A DNA stretch of 64,000 bases from Octopus sinensis. Lineage: Eukaryota. Shown one piece after another: positions 27,060 through 39,675 of the stretch; within the stretch, counting starts at the first letter, position 1, and each line of letters starts with the position of its first letter. Both the position numbers and the translations under genes were made by a program. Location: positions 72,602,001 through 72,666,000 of the forward strand of contig NC_042997.1 in the NCBI RefSeq assembly GCF_006345805.1. Reading direction: 5' to 3'. The notes beneath the pieces were generated by a model. It made no database searches. It was not told the DNA's origin and saw nothing but the letters and a program-made list of their open reading frames with translations.

Positions 27060-27840
27060 CATTACTATATATCTAATAAGCTGATCTGCCAACTTTTGCT
27101 ATTCCAGATTGAATAAGATGGTTGTAGCAGCACTTTGAACACACTCTACTGAACACTGCTTGTCACTGTTGACTATCTTGTAGAATGCAGTCGGGACGTT
27201 TACAGAATTTGGAAGGTCGCCATGCAATAAAGTTTGTATAAAGCTCAGCAAAAAGACTGCTTATGGATCAACTTGTACGAGCCGAGCTCCTCTTTTACAC
27301 TGGCACAGAGGCCAGGAGGCGAAACAAGTCCACCGGGAAGCTCATGATCTTATGATGATCCCCTTTTTCGATATTAATGGTGTCATCTAAAACCAGTGGT
27401 TTCCTTCTTTCCAGATGGTCATCAGAGAATACTTTGTGGGGGTTTTGAGGGAGTTCAGGAAGAGATTTCATAGCGATAAGCCAGAGCACCTCACCAGGAC
27501 AACGCACCAGTTCACAGTTCTCAACTGGTAACCAACTACTTGACAGAGATTGGTATCAAAACTGTCCATCATCCTCCCTATGGTCCAGACATTGCTCCCT
27601 AAGATATTTGGTTGCTGCCAAAGCTGAAGGAGAATATCAAGGAAAGTTGTTTTGAAGACATAAAGGTGAAGAGAGCTGGGACAAGGGTCCTGGACACTTC
27701 CACTTTGGAGGACTTCCATGAGGCCTTCGCGAAGTGGCTGCAGTGCTACAACAAGTGCATTGAAGACAGAAGGTCCTGCTGTGAATGAGATTAGAGTTTT
27801 GTACTTCTTTAAAATTAATACGGCTCTCATTCCTTTAAAG
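27060..27840 (+). pseudogene. Internally deleted mariner element
   Basis: HAIKFC..MIPFFD..EYFVGVLREFRKRF..HQDNAPVHSSQLVTNYLTEIGIKTVHHPPYGPDIAP. Confidence 0.8.
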
Positions 27841-27909
<69 letters not shown>

Positions 27910-28462
27910 TGTATATATATATATAATATATATATATATATATAAAATAACTTTAAAAATAACTTAGACGGCTATAAGCAATATAAAACCAAAAAGATAG
28001 AATCCAGTCGTCACTATTTGTGACTGACGGTGCAGGGTAGCATCTACATTACTAGAAATAAGAGGTAAAAACCGCAAAGAAACACGTCCATGTACTAACA
28101 GGGGAGCTAACCACCCCACAGCGGGCGAGATCATCAAACTAGAATTCTAGTTTCGCTTGAAATTAAAGCTCTTCAGTGATGACTACTGCGTCGCTTAATG
28201 GTAAGGGCAAATCCCAACAGTCAGTATTTTGTATTTATCATATGAATCAATGGATGATTCCGCAAAATGGTTATGTAAAAATTATAAAATAACGAAGGCA
28301 GCAATAAGCAATATAAAACCCCAAAATAACTGATTGTCACTAATTGTAACTGGTGGTGCAGGGTGGCATCTACATTGCTAGAAATAAGAGGTAAATCTCT
28401 TCAGTAATGACTACTTCATTGCTGAATGGTTTGGTCAAATCCCGATTGTCAGCATATATATT

Positions 28463-28706
28463 AGGTGCAGGAGTGGCTGAGTGGTAATCACATGGTTCTG
28501 GCTTCAGTCCCACTGCATGGCACCTTGGGTATGTATCTTCTACTGTAGCCTCGGGCCAACCAAAGTCTTGTGAAAAGATTTGGTAGACAGAAACTGAAAG
28601 AAGCCCGTCGCATATGTATATATATGTACACACACATGATATATATGTATTTGTGTGTCTGTGTTTGTCGCCCCACCATCGCTTGACCACCGATGCTGGT
28701 GTGTTT
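28463..28706 (+). mobile_element. SINE family A, 5' half
   Basis: GGTGCAGGAGTGGCTGAGTGGTAA..GCACCTTGGG head. Confidence 0.85.
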
Positions 28707-29196
28707 TCAATGCAGGAAGATCCTAGCTTTTCAAAACCCTAACTAAACATTCACCAACATAACAAATTTCCTCAAAAATTTTGTAAAAATGTGAATATTT
28801 AATTAGGATAAAGAAACTGCAGGTCTCATTGTAGTTCATAAATATTCTGATTCTTACTGGTATCCTGATTCTTCCATATAGTTATTCAATGCAATCTGCA
28901 CCCGATATATATATATTGCAAGCAGGTTAGTGATCCCCTACCATCTTCCAGTCACGAGACTACCAGGCCGAATGGTTTCGACCTCTTTGTGGTTATTCTC
29001 GATGGTGGATAGCTGTAGTTCACTCCAGCTCGCAATATGTATCGTGTACAGATTGCAAGGAGGCGTCTCCTTGGGGTGAAAAATAGCAGTAACGCCGGTT
29101 CCTATGGAACAGCCATGTTTAATCGGCAATAGACAATATTTCTCAGTATAGTTAATGCTCTCGTCTCTTATAGAGATGTTCTAACTGGCTAATTTG

Positions 29197-29228
<32 letters not shown>

Positions 29229-29230
<2 letters not shown>

Positions 29231-29443
29231 GGAGTAAACACATAAATGTGAAACAAGGTGGAAAAAAGAGTACTCAAATACCAGTAGTAGAGTAATATGC
29301 TTTATTTAAAGCAGTAGAAAATTCAACTAAATCTGTTACTCTGAGTTTCTCGTTGCCGTTCATCAGACAGTTTTGCTGATGAACGGCAACGAGAAACTCA
29401 GAGTAACAGATTTTGTTGAATTTTCTGCTGCTTTAAATAAAGT

Positions 29444-29445
<2 letters not shown>
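29229..29445. mobile_element. Short non-autonomous hammerhead-bearing repeat with fold-back arm, embedded in (TA)n
   Basis: About 29301-29366 is the reverse complement of 29376-29441. Confidence 0.7.
29333..29370 (-). ncRNA. Hammerhead motif in fold-back element
   Basis: CUGU-CUGAUGA-ACG(GCAA)CGA-GAAACU(CAG)AGUA-ACAG; stem II closing pair mismatched. Confidence 0.6.
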
Positions 29446-29488
<43 letters not shown>

Positions 29489-29660
29489 CATGAGGGGGAT
29501 CAGCCATCTGAATGTGGCTAGGGTCAGGGCGGGGTGGTGGGGGTGTTACTGATGCATTTAGCCCCAGGCGAACATCAACGTCACCAGAAGAGCTGACACC
29601 ATCTCGGTGTCCTTGCCAGCCTGCAAAGGGAGATCAGCCTCCCCAAAGATACGGATACTA

Positions 29661-29703
29661 CATACGGACCGGTTTCGAGGTTATTGCCTCTTGTCAACGT
29701 ATG
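29661..29703 (-). ncRNA. Type I hammerhead ribozyme motif, U3-A8 core variant
   Basis: Minus strand CAUACG-UUGACAA-GAGG(CAAUAA)CCUC-GAAAC(CG)GUC-CGUAUG: 6-bp stem I, 4-bp stem II, palindromic ACCGGU stem III. Confidence 0.8.
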
Positions 29704-30018
29704 GTAAGCACCGCTCTTCGTTGAGGGACTTCCTCTACAGGCTGGATATATAGATTTTCACAGTAACCACAGTCACTGACGTAGAAAATCCGTTCGAAAA
29801 CAATAATAAATCTCTGAGCGAGATATAAACAGTAACTGCTCTATAACATAAGGGGGATCAGCCATCTGAATGTGGCTAGGGTCAGGGCGGGGTGGTGGGG
29901 GTGTTACTGATGCATTTAGCCCCAGGCGAACATCAACGTCACCAGAAGAGCTGACACTATCTCGGTGTCCTTGCCAGCCTGCAAAGGGAGATCAGCCTCC
30001 CCGAAGATACGGATACTA

Positions 30019-30061
30019 CATACGGACCGGTTTCGAGGTTATTGCCTTTTGTCAACGTATG
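30019..30061 (-). ncRNA. Second copy of the U3-A8 hammerhead motif (stem II G10.1 to A mismatch)
   Basis: Identical to the 29661 copy except AAGG/CCUC in stem II. Confidence 0.7.
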
Positions 30062-30221
30062 GTAACCAGCCGAAATTGCAAAGATAATCTGGAACTCGAC
30101 TGAGAATAGAAAACTCCGAATGATCCGTCCATGTTTTCTTTGTATCGGCTGTCTGGATGTTTTGTTGTCCCTTTTTTGTATACCTAACTGTCTGGATGTT
30201 TTGCGTTCTTGTCCCATTATC

Positions 30222-30273
<52 letters not shown>

Positions 30274-30293
30274 TATATCGTATATATATATCG

Positions 30294-30397
<104 letters not shown>

Positions 30398-31159
30398 AAT
30401 GATACAACAACGCACATTTGTATTGCAATATTTAATTCATATATACATATATTGTCGTTCACTTAACATTTTATATATATGTTATGTGAGCGATGATATT
30501 TTGAAAACAAATGTGTTTAATATTTAATTTGATATACATACCTATCTATATACTACTAAATATCTGCGATTACTTGCTTTCGTGCGTGCTTGCGTGTGTG
30601 TTTGCATGCTTGTGTGCGTGTTTGTCTGTCATTGAATACAGCCAAACCGGTGCATAATGGGAACATACTCTGAAAGTAACGCAACCCTGAAATATCAATA
30701 CAAACGGAATAAAACAAGTTTTGCATAAATTGGACCACAGATTCCCGTGATACGCAATTTTTTGGTGGGTACCTTCATCAATACGGGGGACACCGTCAAA
30801 ACGGCGCATAATGAGTATATAACCCTGAAATGTGAATGTATAAAACTATGAAAATTGTTTCCATTAATTTTATATTTACGTTATATAACGACTTCTTTTA
30901 CATTTTAGTAGAAGTGTGCACATATACCATAAATAAATGCTGTTACTGGAATTCAAGTTTATCCCGGATGGTGTATTTCTATTAGATGCTGTAAATAATC
31001 AATAAACCCATAAACATAAACTTATAAACCAGACCTATGATGACACGAACGAATTGAAATATTTAACTGAATCAACATAAAATCAACTTTCATTTCAATG
31101 CAATATTGAAATCAACTTCAATGTTTTATAATGTGAATCGTCAGTGAAACAACGGTCAA

Positions 31160-31257
<98 letters not shown>

Positions 31258-31496
31258 TATATTCTGTTTGTGTGTGGGGATGAAACTTAAAAACTAAATA
31301 CAATCTACGATAAAAAATTTGCAGCTATATTTTGATTAAGATATCAGCGTCTTCAGAATTAAACGTTTGAATGCAGTTGGCCCGCTTTTAGCGTCTCTGG
31401 CTGTCACCCACTCTCACTCTATTTGTTAATTTACCCCTCTTTTTCCAGCATGACCGATGGGACACACATTGCATTTTATTATATGTAAGATATATA

Positions 31497-32766
31497 CGAG
31501 GGGCATTCAATAAGTAATGCCCCTGACCCACTTGCAGTTGTTTGATCTAGTTGAAATTTTGCATGTGCACTTATTTATACCTCTATAGATTAAGTGGCGA
31601 ATTACAGCTCTGAACTAATTGTGGTTTTCTGATTTACAGGTGTTTGAACTGAGTCAAGTGTGAAATGGAGCCTGTTGAGTGTCGAGCAGTGATCCGGTTT
31701 TTGTATTTGAAAGGACGCACACCACGGGAGACTTTTGATGAAATGAAAGTAACTTATGGTGATGATGCCCCATCATATGACCTTGTAAAACGCTGGCATT
31801 GTGAATTCAAACATAGTCGGAACTCTGTGGAAACAGCTCCCAGATTTGGTCGCCCCCTTCTGCCTTTGATGAGACGTCTGTCCGTCAAGTTGAGGCTGCC
31901 ATTTTGGAAGGTCAACGCATAACTATTCGCCAAATAGCCCATAAGGTCAAGATTAGTACCGGGTCTGTGGAAACTATAATTCATGACCATTTGCATATGC
32001 AAAAGGTGTCTGCCAGATGGATTTCCAGGTTGCTCATACCTTTCCAGAAGCAAGAACGCGTTGAGTGCTCGAGGATGAATTTGGAGATGTGCCAAGAAGA
32101 TGAGTCAAAATTTTTCAAAGACTGATCATACAGGATAAAACCTGGGTCCATCACTATGATCCATAGACCAAAGCCCAGTCAATGCAGTGAAAGCACCGTG
32201 ACTCACCTCCTCCAAAGAAGGCAAGGGTGCAGCCCTCCGCTGACAAGGTTATGCTCACAGTCTTCTGGGACCAGGATGGAGTAGTGATGACAGATTTCCT
32301 GGCAAAGGGTACCACAATTACAGGAACCTATTATGCTTCACTTTTGAGGAAATTAAGAGAAGCTATCAAAATCAAGAGGCGGGGCAAGATCAGCAAAGGC
32401 ATCCTCCTCCTGCAGGACAACGCTCCGGTCCACAACTCGCGTGTCGCCAGATCAGAAGCACAGGCGTGCAGCTATGAATTCCTCCCCTTGCACCCTCTGA
32501 TTTTCATCTCTTCCCAGCCATGAAGTTGATTTTGAAAGGAAAGCGTTTCCCAGATGATGCAGCCTTGATTTCTGAAGTCACGTCGTGGTTGGAGGACCAA
32601 GCTGGGGTCTTCTACAAAAACGGTCTCCAGAGCTGTATCAAACGATGGGAGAAATGCATAACTCTGGGTAGTTCCTATGTAGGAAAAGACTAATAACTGT
32701 GCCAAGTGTCGTTGCTCTACTGCTATGGGAAGTGGGTCAGGGGCATTACTTATTGAACGCCCCTCG
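31497..32766 (+). mobile_element. Full-length mariner element (irritans-like), transposase pseudogene 31665-32693
   Basis: 37-bp TIRs CGAGGGGC(A/G)TTCAATAAGTAATGCCCCTGACCCACTT, TA on both sides; RAVIRFLYLKG, ARWISRLL, KVMLTVFWD, LLQDNAPVH; frameshifts and stops. Confidence 0.95.
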
Positions 32767-33057
32767 TACCATAAAGAAATATATATGTAAGATATATACG
32801 TCCGCGCCCGCGCACGAAACACACACATATTTGTCCACAAATATTCTCATTCTCACTGGTTATTCACACCTGCAAGTCAGATGCGCTCTACGAGTGCGCG
32901 GAGTTTTCTATTCTGTCAGAATTATTCAAAAACATGTTCCAAAATATTATTTCAATATATTATATAAAACGTTTTAACATCAAATTTAACCTTTAAATTG
33001 TTAATAATAGTTCTTTTTCTTCAAATTTTATTCTATTCTATTTGCATTCTATACTAG

Positions 33058-33111
33058 AGGAGCTGCCATCAGAGGCCGAGCTGGAGCAGACATCGGAAAT
33101 AGAAATGCCAA
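33058..33111 (+). CDS. Internal coding exon (54 nt, phase 1-1); (E)ELPSEAELEQTSEIEMP
   Basis: Acceptor TTCTATTTGCATTCTATACTAG, donor CAA|GTATGA, open frame, aligns without gaps to exon 38990. Confidence 0.8.
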
Positions 33112-33599
33112 GTATGATTTATTTATCTATCTTCCCCTCCTCTCTCTCTCTCGACCAGACTATCAGATGCTGTTATACATAGCTGGTTACAATGCGCTAT
33201 GCATTGTTTTAGCCTTCAAATTACGCCACCCTGCTGGCCACATTCCCTCACCCCACCGATCGAGAAGGAAGTGCCTGGAGCAGCATGAAGTAAAGTATTT
33301 TGCCCAAGAACACAATGCGCCACCCGGTCTGGAAATTGAACCCACGATCTAGCGACCGTGGGTGCAAACACCTTACCACTAGGTCAGGCGTGTATATATA
33401 TATATATATATACATACATGTGTGTGTGTCCGTTCACACATACATACATATACTTCATCTAAACATATATATGTATATATATGTGCATGAGAGTACGTAC
33501 ATACATGTCGTTTTGTATTTGTGCTTCGAGATTATTGATGTGCAAGTAAACCATTAACACTTTTAATGTACTCCCCGTACTTAGATGATACAAATATCG

Positions 33600-34125
33600 T
33601 AGTTAAAATAACTTCACAAAATATCACCCTAAAATTAGATAAGAGTGCTATGGAGAGCATCCAGCAAGTAGTCGACTCCATCCTCCAGTGCATCAAAATA
33701 ATGATTGACTACCCCCACAAAATACTTTCAAAATAAACTATTTATCCTAGAGATTTCAAGCAGTGAGTAATAAGGTACAAATCATTCATTCGCAGTACGT
33801 AAACTTATGGTCTCCAAATATCTAATTCACCTGAGGTCTGCTATATCAGAAAAGGAAAACTAAACATCCTGATAGCGGATCTAGTTAGAGTTGTGAGAAA
33901 CATGTCTAACATATGTCAGCCCAACTAAATACAAAAGCTTTTGTCACATTTCATCTATCACATGCAACTCTCCAGTTATAACCAACAAGAAAAAAGAATC
34001 AAGGTATTCAAAGTAACAAGGAAGAGCTTAGAAATTATCATCAGTAACAATGCGAATGGCGTATGCCCTATGTATAGAAGCAAGTTCTGTCATAGATTAG
34101 ATATATATAGGAAACTAGTTGCCTA
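33600..34125 (+). mobile_element. Degenerate paralog of the 23384-24490 Penelope ORF
   Basis: MESIQQVVDSI..IDYP..SKYLIH..NILIADLVRVVRNMS..NNANGVCPMYR. Confidence 0.8.
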
Positions 34126-34129
34126 GAGC

Positions 34130-34720
34130 GTTATGCTTTTTTTATGCAAATTTCTCGTTTTACTCGTTCCGGTCCCATTTCGCCGTGATGCGGTCGAACA
34201 ACTAGCCTCCTCCCGTTGGAACCACTGGCCGCAGGTCCACAAGGTCGGGTGGTAATACCCAACCAGGTTGCGAAATTTATTGTTCCATCCATCACAAATG
34301 TTGTTCTTGTGCGGATTTCCATTTACTGTGGCGTCGTATTGATTCTACAACTCCGGCGGAAACATGGGTGGAACGTGGCGAAGATCCAAAACCAATCCAC
34401 CTGCGTCGCGTTGACGATATGAGCCAAAGACAGATTGAATAAAAATAGTCCAGAAGGTCCTCAGAAATTGTATCCCCGCTTGAACTTGTGGCAGTGGTAA
34501 GAAGGACAGGCAATCGAACAATCCAACAAAATGTCGGAATTCTTCGGTGTTCGTTAAGCCTAGGTCCTGGATTTTCCGCCATGTGCTTTGAGTCAAATGA
34601 TAAAAGCAACCCCGACTGTGGACATTCTGCCCCAAAACGACTTGCACGGCGCAAAGAACGGCATATAAGTAGTAACAATACTAGGCGGTAACATTTTTTT
34701 GCCACTTAACATGGCTGTTC
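34130..34720 (-). pseudogene. MULE (Mutator-like) transposase C-terminal fragment
   Basis: GCFYHLTQSTWRKIQDLGL..PPMFPPEL..NNICDGWNNKFRNLVG. Confidence 0.8.
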
Positions 34721-35191
34721 TATAAAGAACTAAGTTACTACATTTTAACCAGAGGAGAACGTTTGTTCTAGCTGGTTAACAACACAGAGCCTGTATCCGA
34801 TATATTGTAATCACTCCCCTCCAGCTTGACAAGATCAGTAGACCATTCTTTACACTTCAACAATACTGGATATCTACCTGCTAGAGATGGTACTTCAGAT
34901 CTGGTGTTAGAAAAAAAATCAGTCTTGTCTTATAATTCATTCAAAACAAATCAAATAAAAAAATTAAAAACAGCAAAACCAGGGTAACAGAGAAAATTTC
35001 TCATAGGAAAACGAAAACACAAGATCATATTACATCCAAACTCAAACTTACAGAGCAGTCTTGAATATTTACAACTACACATCTTTGTTGGCTATCTTTA
35101 CGAAATCATTAAAAAAAAAAAAAAATTCTAAAGGATATTGGACAATGTTGCATTTTGTTAACACTTTATTTCGTATGTATTGTTTTTGTAG

Positions 35192-35269
35192 TATTTGAGA
35201 GGACTGGACCACGAAATTCCGAGTCGGCTAATACAAACGACCCTCGAAGAGAAGTTGAGCTAAATGCAG
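35192..35269 (+). CDS. Internal coding exon (78 nt, phase 1-1); [25 protein letters not shown]
   Basis: Acceptor TATTGTTTTTGTAG, donor CAG|GTATGA, open frame. Confidence 0.8.
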
Positions 35270-35340
35270 GTATGAATTATACATACATACATACATACAT
35301 ACATACATACATACATACATACATACATACATACATACAT

Positions 35341-35374
<34 letters not shown>

Positions 35375-35384
35375 GGACGAAATA

Positions 35385-36500
35385 GCAGGACTTAACCGTA
35401 GTGTACTAGACTACCAGAAATTTTTTTGATAGTATAACATGGCAGCAGCAACTCGGTAAGACAGATGCTCGAACTCATAAGCTGCTCAGCGTAACAGAAA
35501 ACTTCAGCATTAGTGGAAATGTAGACAGGCTATACTTCCCCGCATGAATGGTGGCTGTAGTCTTAAATCCGTATTGACGTCATATGAAGCTCGTACTGTA
35601 ACACTGAAGCAACATCTTCAGCAGAGGAAAGAAACCAGTAGCTATCTTACCCAAGTTCAAGACACTGAAAACAACAGCATAATTAGGATAGCTAATGAAT
35701 TTGTGGAGAGACATGAAATAAGAGCTGATACAGATCTCTCCCCTAGGAGCATTCGTAAAATCTGTTTATCACATGAACAAAACAAAAGAAATGGAGCAGT
35801 TTACTGCGAAGATAGTACATGGTTGCTTGACACAAAAAAACACGAACCAAAGAAGGAATTGGTCATGTCAAAAGCTTGGCATGGAGAACCACTTTGAAGG
35901 TTATCTCTATGCAATTCAAGAACAAGAAATCCCCACCAAGTACCTACAGCATAAAAGTCAGAAGACACTGAATAGACAACAAATGTAGGTTGTGTAAGAT
36001 CGAGATTGAAGACATCAACCATATTATCTGGAACAAGATAACAAAAATAAAAATGCCTACAGGCGAAGTTGACTATATCGAAATCGATAGATCAAAAGAA
36101 TACTGGTAGAACTTAAAAATTTAAACAACCACCAATTTAAAACTTAACCGGCTAGATATTTTTGTGTGGGACCACAAGGAAAACATATGTTCTATTGTGG
36201 AAATCAGCTTCCCTCCGGACACTAATGTGGTTAGAAAAATACAAGAGAAAGAGGACGTCTATAGACTATTGATAGTGAGTTTGCAAATCCAGTACCCAAG
36301 ATACACTTTCAGCTTCATACGTATTATCATTGGAGCAACAGGAAACGGACTAACTCGTCTGGAGCAACATATGGCTGAACTTGGATTCTTGGAGGAGAGA
36401 ATCTTAGTTTACAGACTAATGATTACGATATCCGAGACTATAAAAATCTGCAAGACTTTAAGATTTAAAGGATGATGAACAAAACAAGATGTTTTCCTTC
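35385..36500 (+). mobile_element. R4/Dong-like RLE LINE 3' fragment (degenerate)
   Basis: DRLYFPRMNGG..EGYLYAIQEQEIPTKYL..CRLC..EDINHIISG..DI..WD..IVEISFP..IIIGATG. Confidence 0.75.
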
Positions 36501-37226
36501 AAAACCACGCAACCAAGCAGGTGGCCGGTCAAAATTTAGTCTAAAATCCTTTCGAGTTTGATAAAATAAGTACCAGTTGATTACTGAGGTCTATCTAATC
36601 GATAAACTCCTTCTTCGAAATTGGTGGCCTTGTCCCAAATTTTGAAATCAATGTACATCTTAAATGCTTTATTTTATGGCTTCACTTTCTTTACTTCCTC
36701 TTCATCCCCCCTCGCTTTTTTTGTTTTATTGTGAAGCACTGTGACTCCAAATTCAAATAATGATTTCCGCACTCATCGTAAAGGTCTGACAACATAGACA
36801 ACAGTGTCACAGACAACAGTGAACCACAACATAGCGTGTAGTTGTCATGGTAACCAAGCTGCTAATGAAACGCGGTCTGTTGATTGGCTAAAATTACCCA
36901 AATTTAATGCCAAATAACATCTGATTCTTTAATTTACAAGATAAAGTAATTGGTTGATCGTAATCAAAATTCAGAGTTGCATCGATACACCAAAATTGAA
37001 AGCAATCTGAGCAAAATTAAGTGGCGGAGGGAAACTCATTTTGCGAATGAGAAAGACTAGATCCTGCATTTGTATGGTACTATGTATATATGTATGAAGA
37101 GGGAGACAGAGAGAGGAGGAGAGGAGAAAGTAAAATAGATGGCACTTACAAGGCTTCTGGTTTTTTCTCATTTTTTAAAATTTTGAATTCACCAGTGTAA
37201 AAATAACAGAAAATCAAGGTTGATAG

Positions 37227-37228
<2 letters not shown>

Positions 37229-37268
<40 letters not shown>

Positions 37269-37462
37269 ATATAATGCTGTCAGTATACTGAAATATTCAG
37301 AGCTGTGGAGAAAGTAGATGTGGCAGGGCAACTACAATGTTATTAATAACCTTACCTAACATTGTAGTTGCCCTGCCACATCTACTTTATCCACAGCTCT
37401 GAATATTTCAGTATACTGACAGCATTATATATTTCCACACACACACACACACACACACACAC
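37229..37462. repeat. Fold-back: 78-bp unique arms (1 mismatch), 14-nt loop, extended by (GT)n/(AC)n
   Basis: 37265-37342 is the reverse complement of 37357-37434. Confidence 0.9.
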
Positions 37463-37517
37463 AGGAGTATTTCTTAAACCATTAGCTTCACATTTCAACA
37501 GCTTAACTAAAATTTAG

Positions 37518-37562
37518 CCCACGCAACAGGAATGGAGAGAGATATCGTGGAACAAAGAAACT
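37518..37562 (+). CDS. Candidate or decayed exon of the 54-nt class; HATGMERDIVEQRN
   Basis: Donor ACT|GTAGGT in phase 1, two in-frame AG acceptors (37517, 37529), resembles LPDSTSMEQ of exon 38990; weak acceptor, and its terminal T plus AA of the next exon would make TAA. Confidence 0.25.
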
Positions 37563-37738
37563 GTAGGTGATACAGATAATTTGACATTATTTTTGAATTC
37601 TACTTGCAAAAACGTATAAGATGCAGGTATTCTTTTCCTTGAGATAAATTCTTTGTTGACCAGTGTTATTCTTATCGTAGTTTACAACCCAAGCATGAAA
37701 ACGTTACTCAACTTTGGAGTTTTGGGGATAGACATCCC

Positions 37739-37783
<45 letters not shown>

Positions 37784-37896
37784 GAATGCATATATGTACA
37801 TATAAATTTATATATGAATACTTACATCCACATATATTAATGATGTACACAAATACATGACAGGTATACATAATACTGAATTTTTTTTTTTTTTAA

Positions 37897-38219
37897 AGAC
37901 TCCGCCGGTTACGACGACGAGGGTCCCAGCTGATACGATCAACGGAACAGCTTGCTCGTGAAATTAACGTGCAAATGGCTGAGCATTCCACAGACACGTG
38001 TACCCTTAACGTAGTTCTCGGGAATAATCAGCGTGACACAGAGAGTGACAAGGCTGACCCTTTGAAATACAAGTACAACTCATTTTTGCCAGCTGAGTGG
38101 ACTGGAGCAACGTGAAATAAAGTGTCTTGCTCAAGGACACAACGCGTCGCCGGGAATCGAACTCACAACCTTACGATCATGAGCCGAATGCCCTAACCAC
38201 TAAGCCACGCGCCCTCACT
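37897..38219 (-). mobile_element. SINE sharing the family C tail with a different head
   Basis: Head GGCGCGTGGCTTAGTGGTTAGG, core GTGTCCTTGAGCAAGACACTTTATTTCAC; related old copy at about 33150-33390. Confidence 0.85.
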
Positions 38220-38989
38220 AATACTGAAATATGCATAAAGTAAACACATGCAGATAAATATATTAATATAACAAATTTAAAAAAATGATAAAATCATACA
38301 ATCACCGAAGAAACAAAAGAAACATTAAGATGATGCATGTTGATTTTATTAGGTATTCCTGCTTATTTAGAAACCTACAACGAACAGGTCAGATGCTAAA
38401 CTCTAAATTTCACAGTGTACAACCTTAAAGTTGACACTGCTCCGCTAAAAGCAGAAAATTTCTGTCTCGCTATTGGCTACAAAATATACAGTTTTTTTTT
38501 TCAATTTTTAAACTACTGTAACTTTTTTCTCCAATTCTTTCTCCACAACATCATACCGTCAAAGCAATGAGAATGAAAGGCTACATTATTATAGCCGATA
38601 TTCAGATTTTTTACTGTCTTTTAAAAAGTGCATATTTTACGAATGGAAAAAAACTAGATCCCAAATGCATGCACACACCCTTACATACATACATGCATAC
38701 ATGCATACATACATACATACATGCATACATACATACATACATACATACATACATACATGCAATACATACATACATGCAATACATACATGTACGCATGCAT
38801 ATATGTATTCGTACCTCCCTCACTACGAGCATACATTCATACATACGTTCACACACACACACACACACACACACAGGTACAATATGCGTTTATGCATAAA
38901 CACGATACTCATTTCTAACTTAAATTGCTTTCTTTCTTTCTTTCTTTCTTTTATTTATTTATTCATCTATTTTGATACTTTGGAATTAG

Positions 38990-39043
38990 AATGCCTGCCC
39001 GATAGTACGTCGATGGAACAAAGGATGGAAATGGAAAAATCAA
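38990..39043 (+). CDS. Internal coding exon (54 nt, phase 1-1); (E)CLPDSTSMEQRMEMEKS
   Basis: Acceptor after long pyrimidine tract ...TTTGGAATTAG, donor CAA|GTGAGT, open frame. Confidence 0.8.
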
Positions 39044-39055
39044 GTGAGTCTTAAT

Positions 39056-39089
<34 letters not shown>

Positions 39090-39442
39090 TGTATGTATGT
39101 ATGTATGTATGTATGTACGTATGTACGTACGTACGTACGTGTGTGTATGTATGTATGTATGTATGTATATATGTATGTATTATGTTAGTAGCTAATTACA
39201 TACGCCAATGTATAAAATTTGGAATGTACTAAAGAGAAATAAAGTACTTAATATAGTTTAGTAGAACACTCATGTAAATATCCAGCTTGACGAAATTTAA
39301 TAACATGAAGTAACTCTACAAAACAAATCCATATACACGAATACAGTAATGAAAGATTAAAATGGCTATCAGTACTTTTCCATAATGTAACTGATTCACC
39401 TTTGACATACAATCTCTGATCATATATTTTAATCTTTCGAAA

Positions 39443-39675
<233 letters not shown>

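Larger units (their letters stand above)
29486..30065 (-). mobile_element. Retrozyme-like 358-bp tandem repeat (about 1.6 units) with a hammerhead motif per unit
   Basis: 29486-29843 repeated at 29844-30065 (offset 358); hammerhead folds at 29661-29703 and 30019-30061; non-coding; ends in (TA)n. Confidence 0.75.

Noticed and set aside
29486-30065. CRISPR-like or satellite interpretation of the tandem repeats
   Set aside because: Eukaryotic context, no short repeat-spacer periodicity, no cas genes; only 1.6 units
38416-38490. 75-nt open phase 1-1 segment VYNLKVDTAP..
   Set aside because: Donor GTTTTT is very weak and composition is unlike the array
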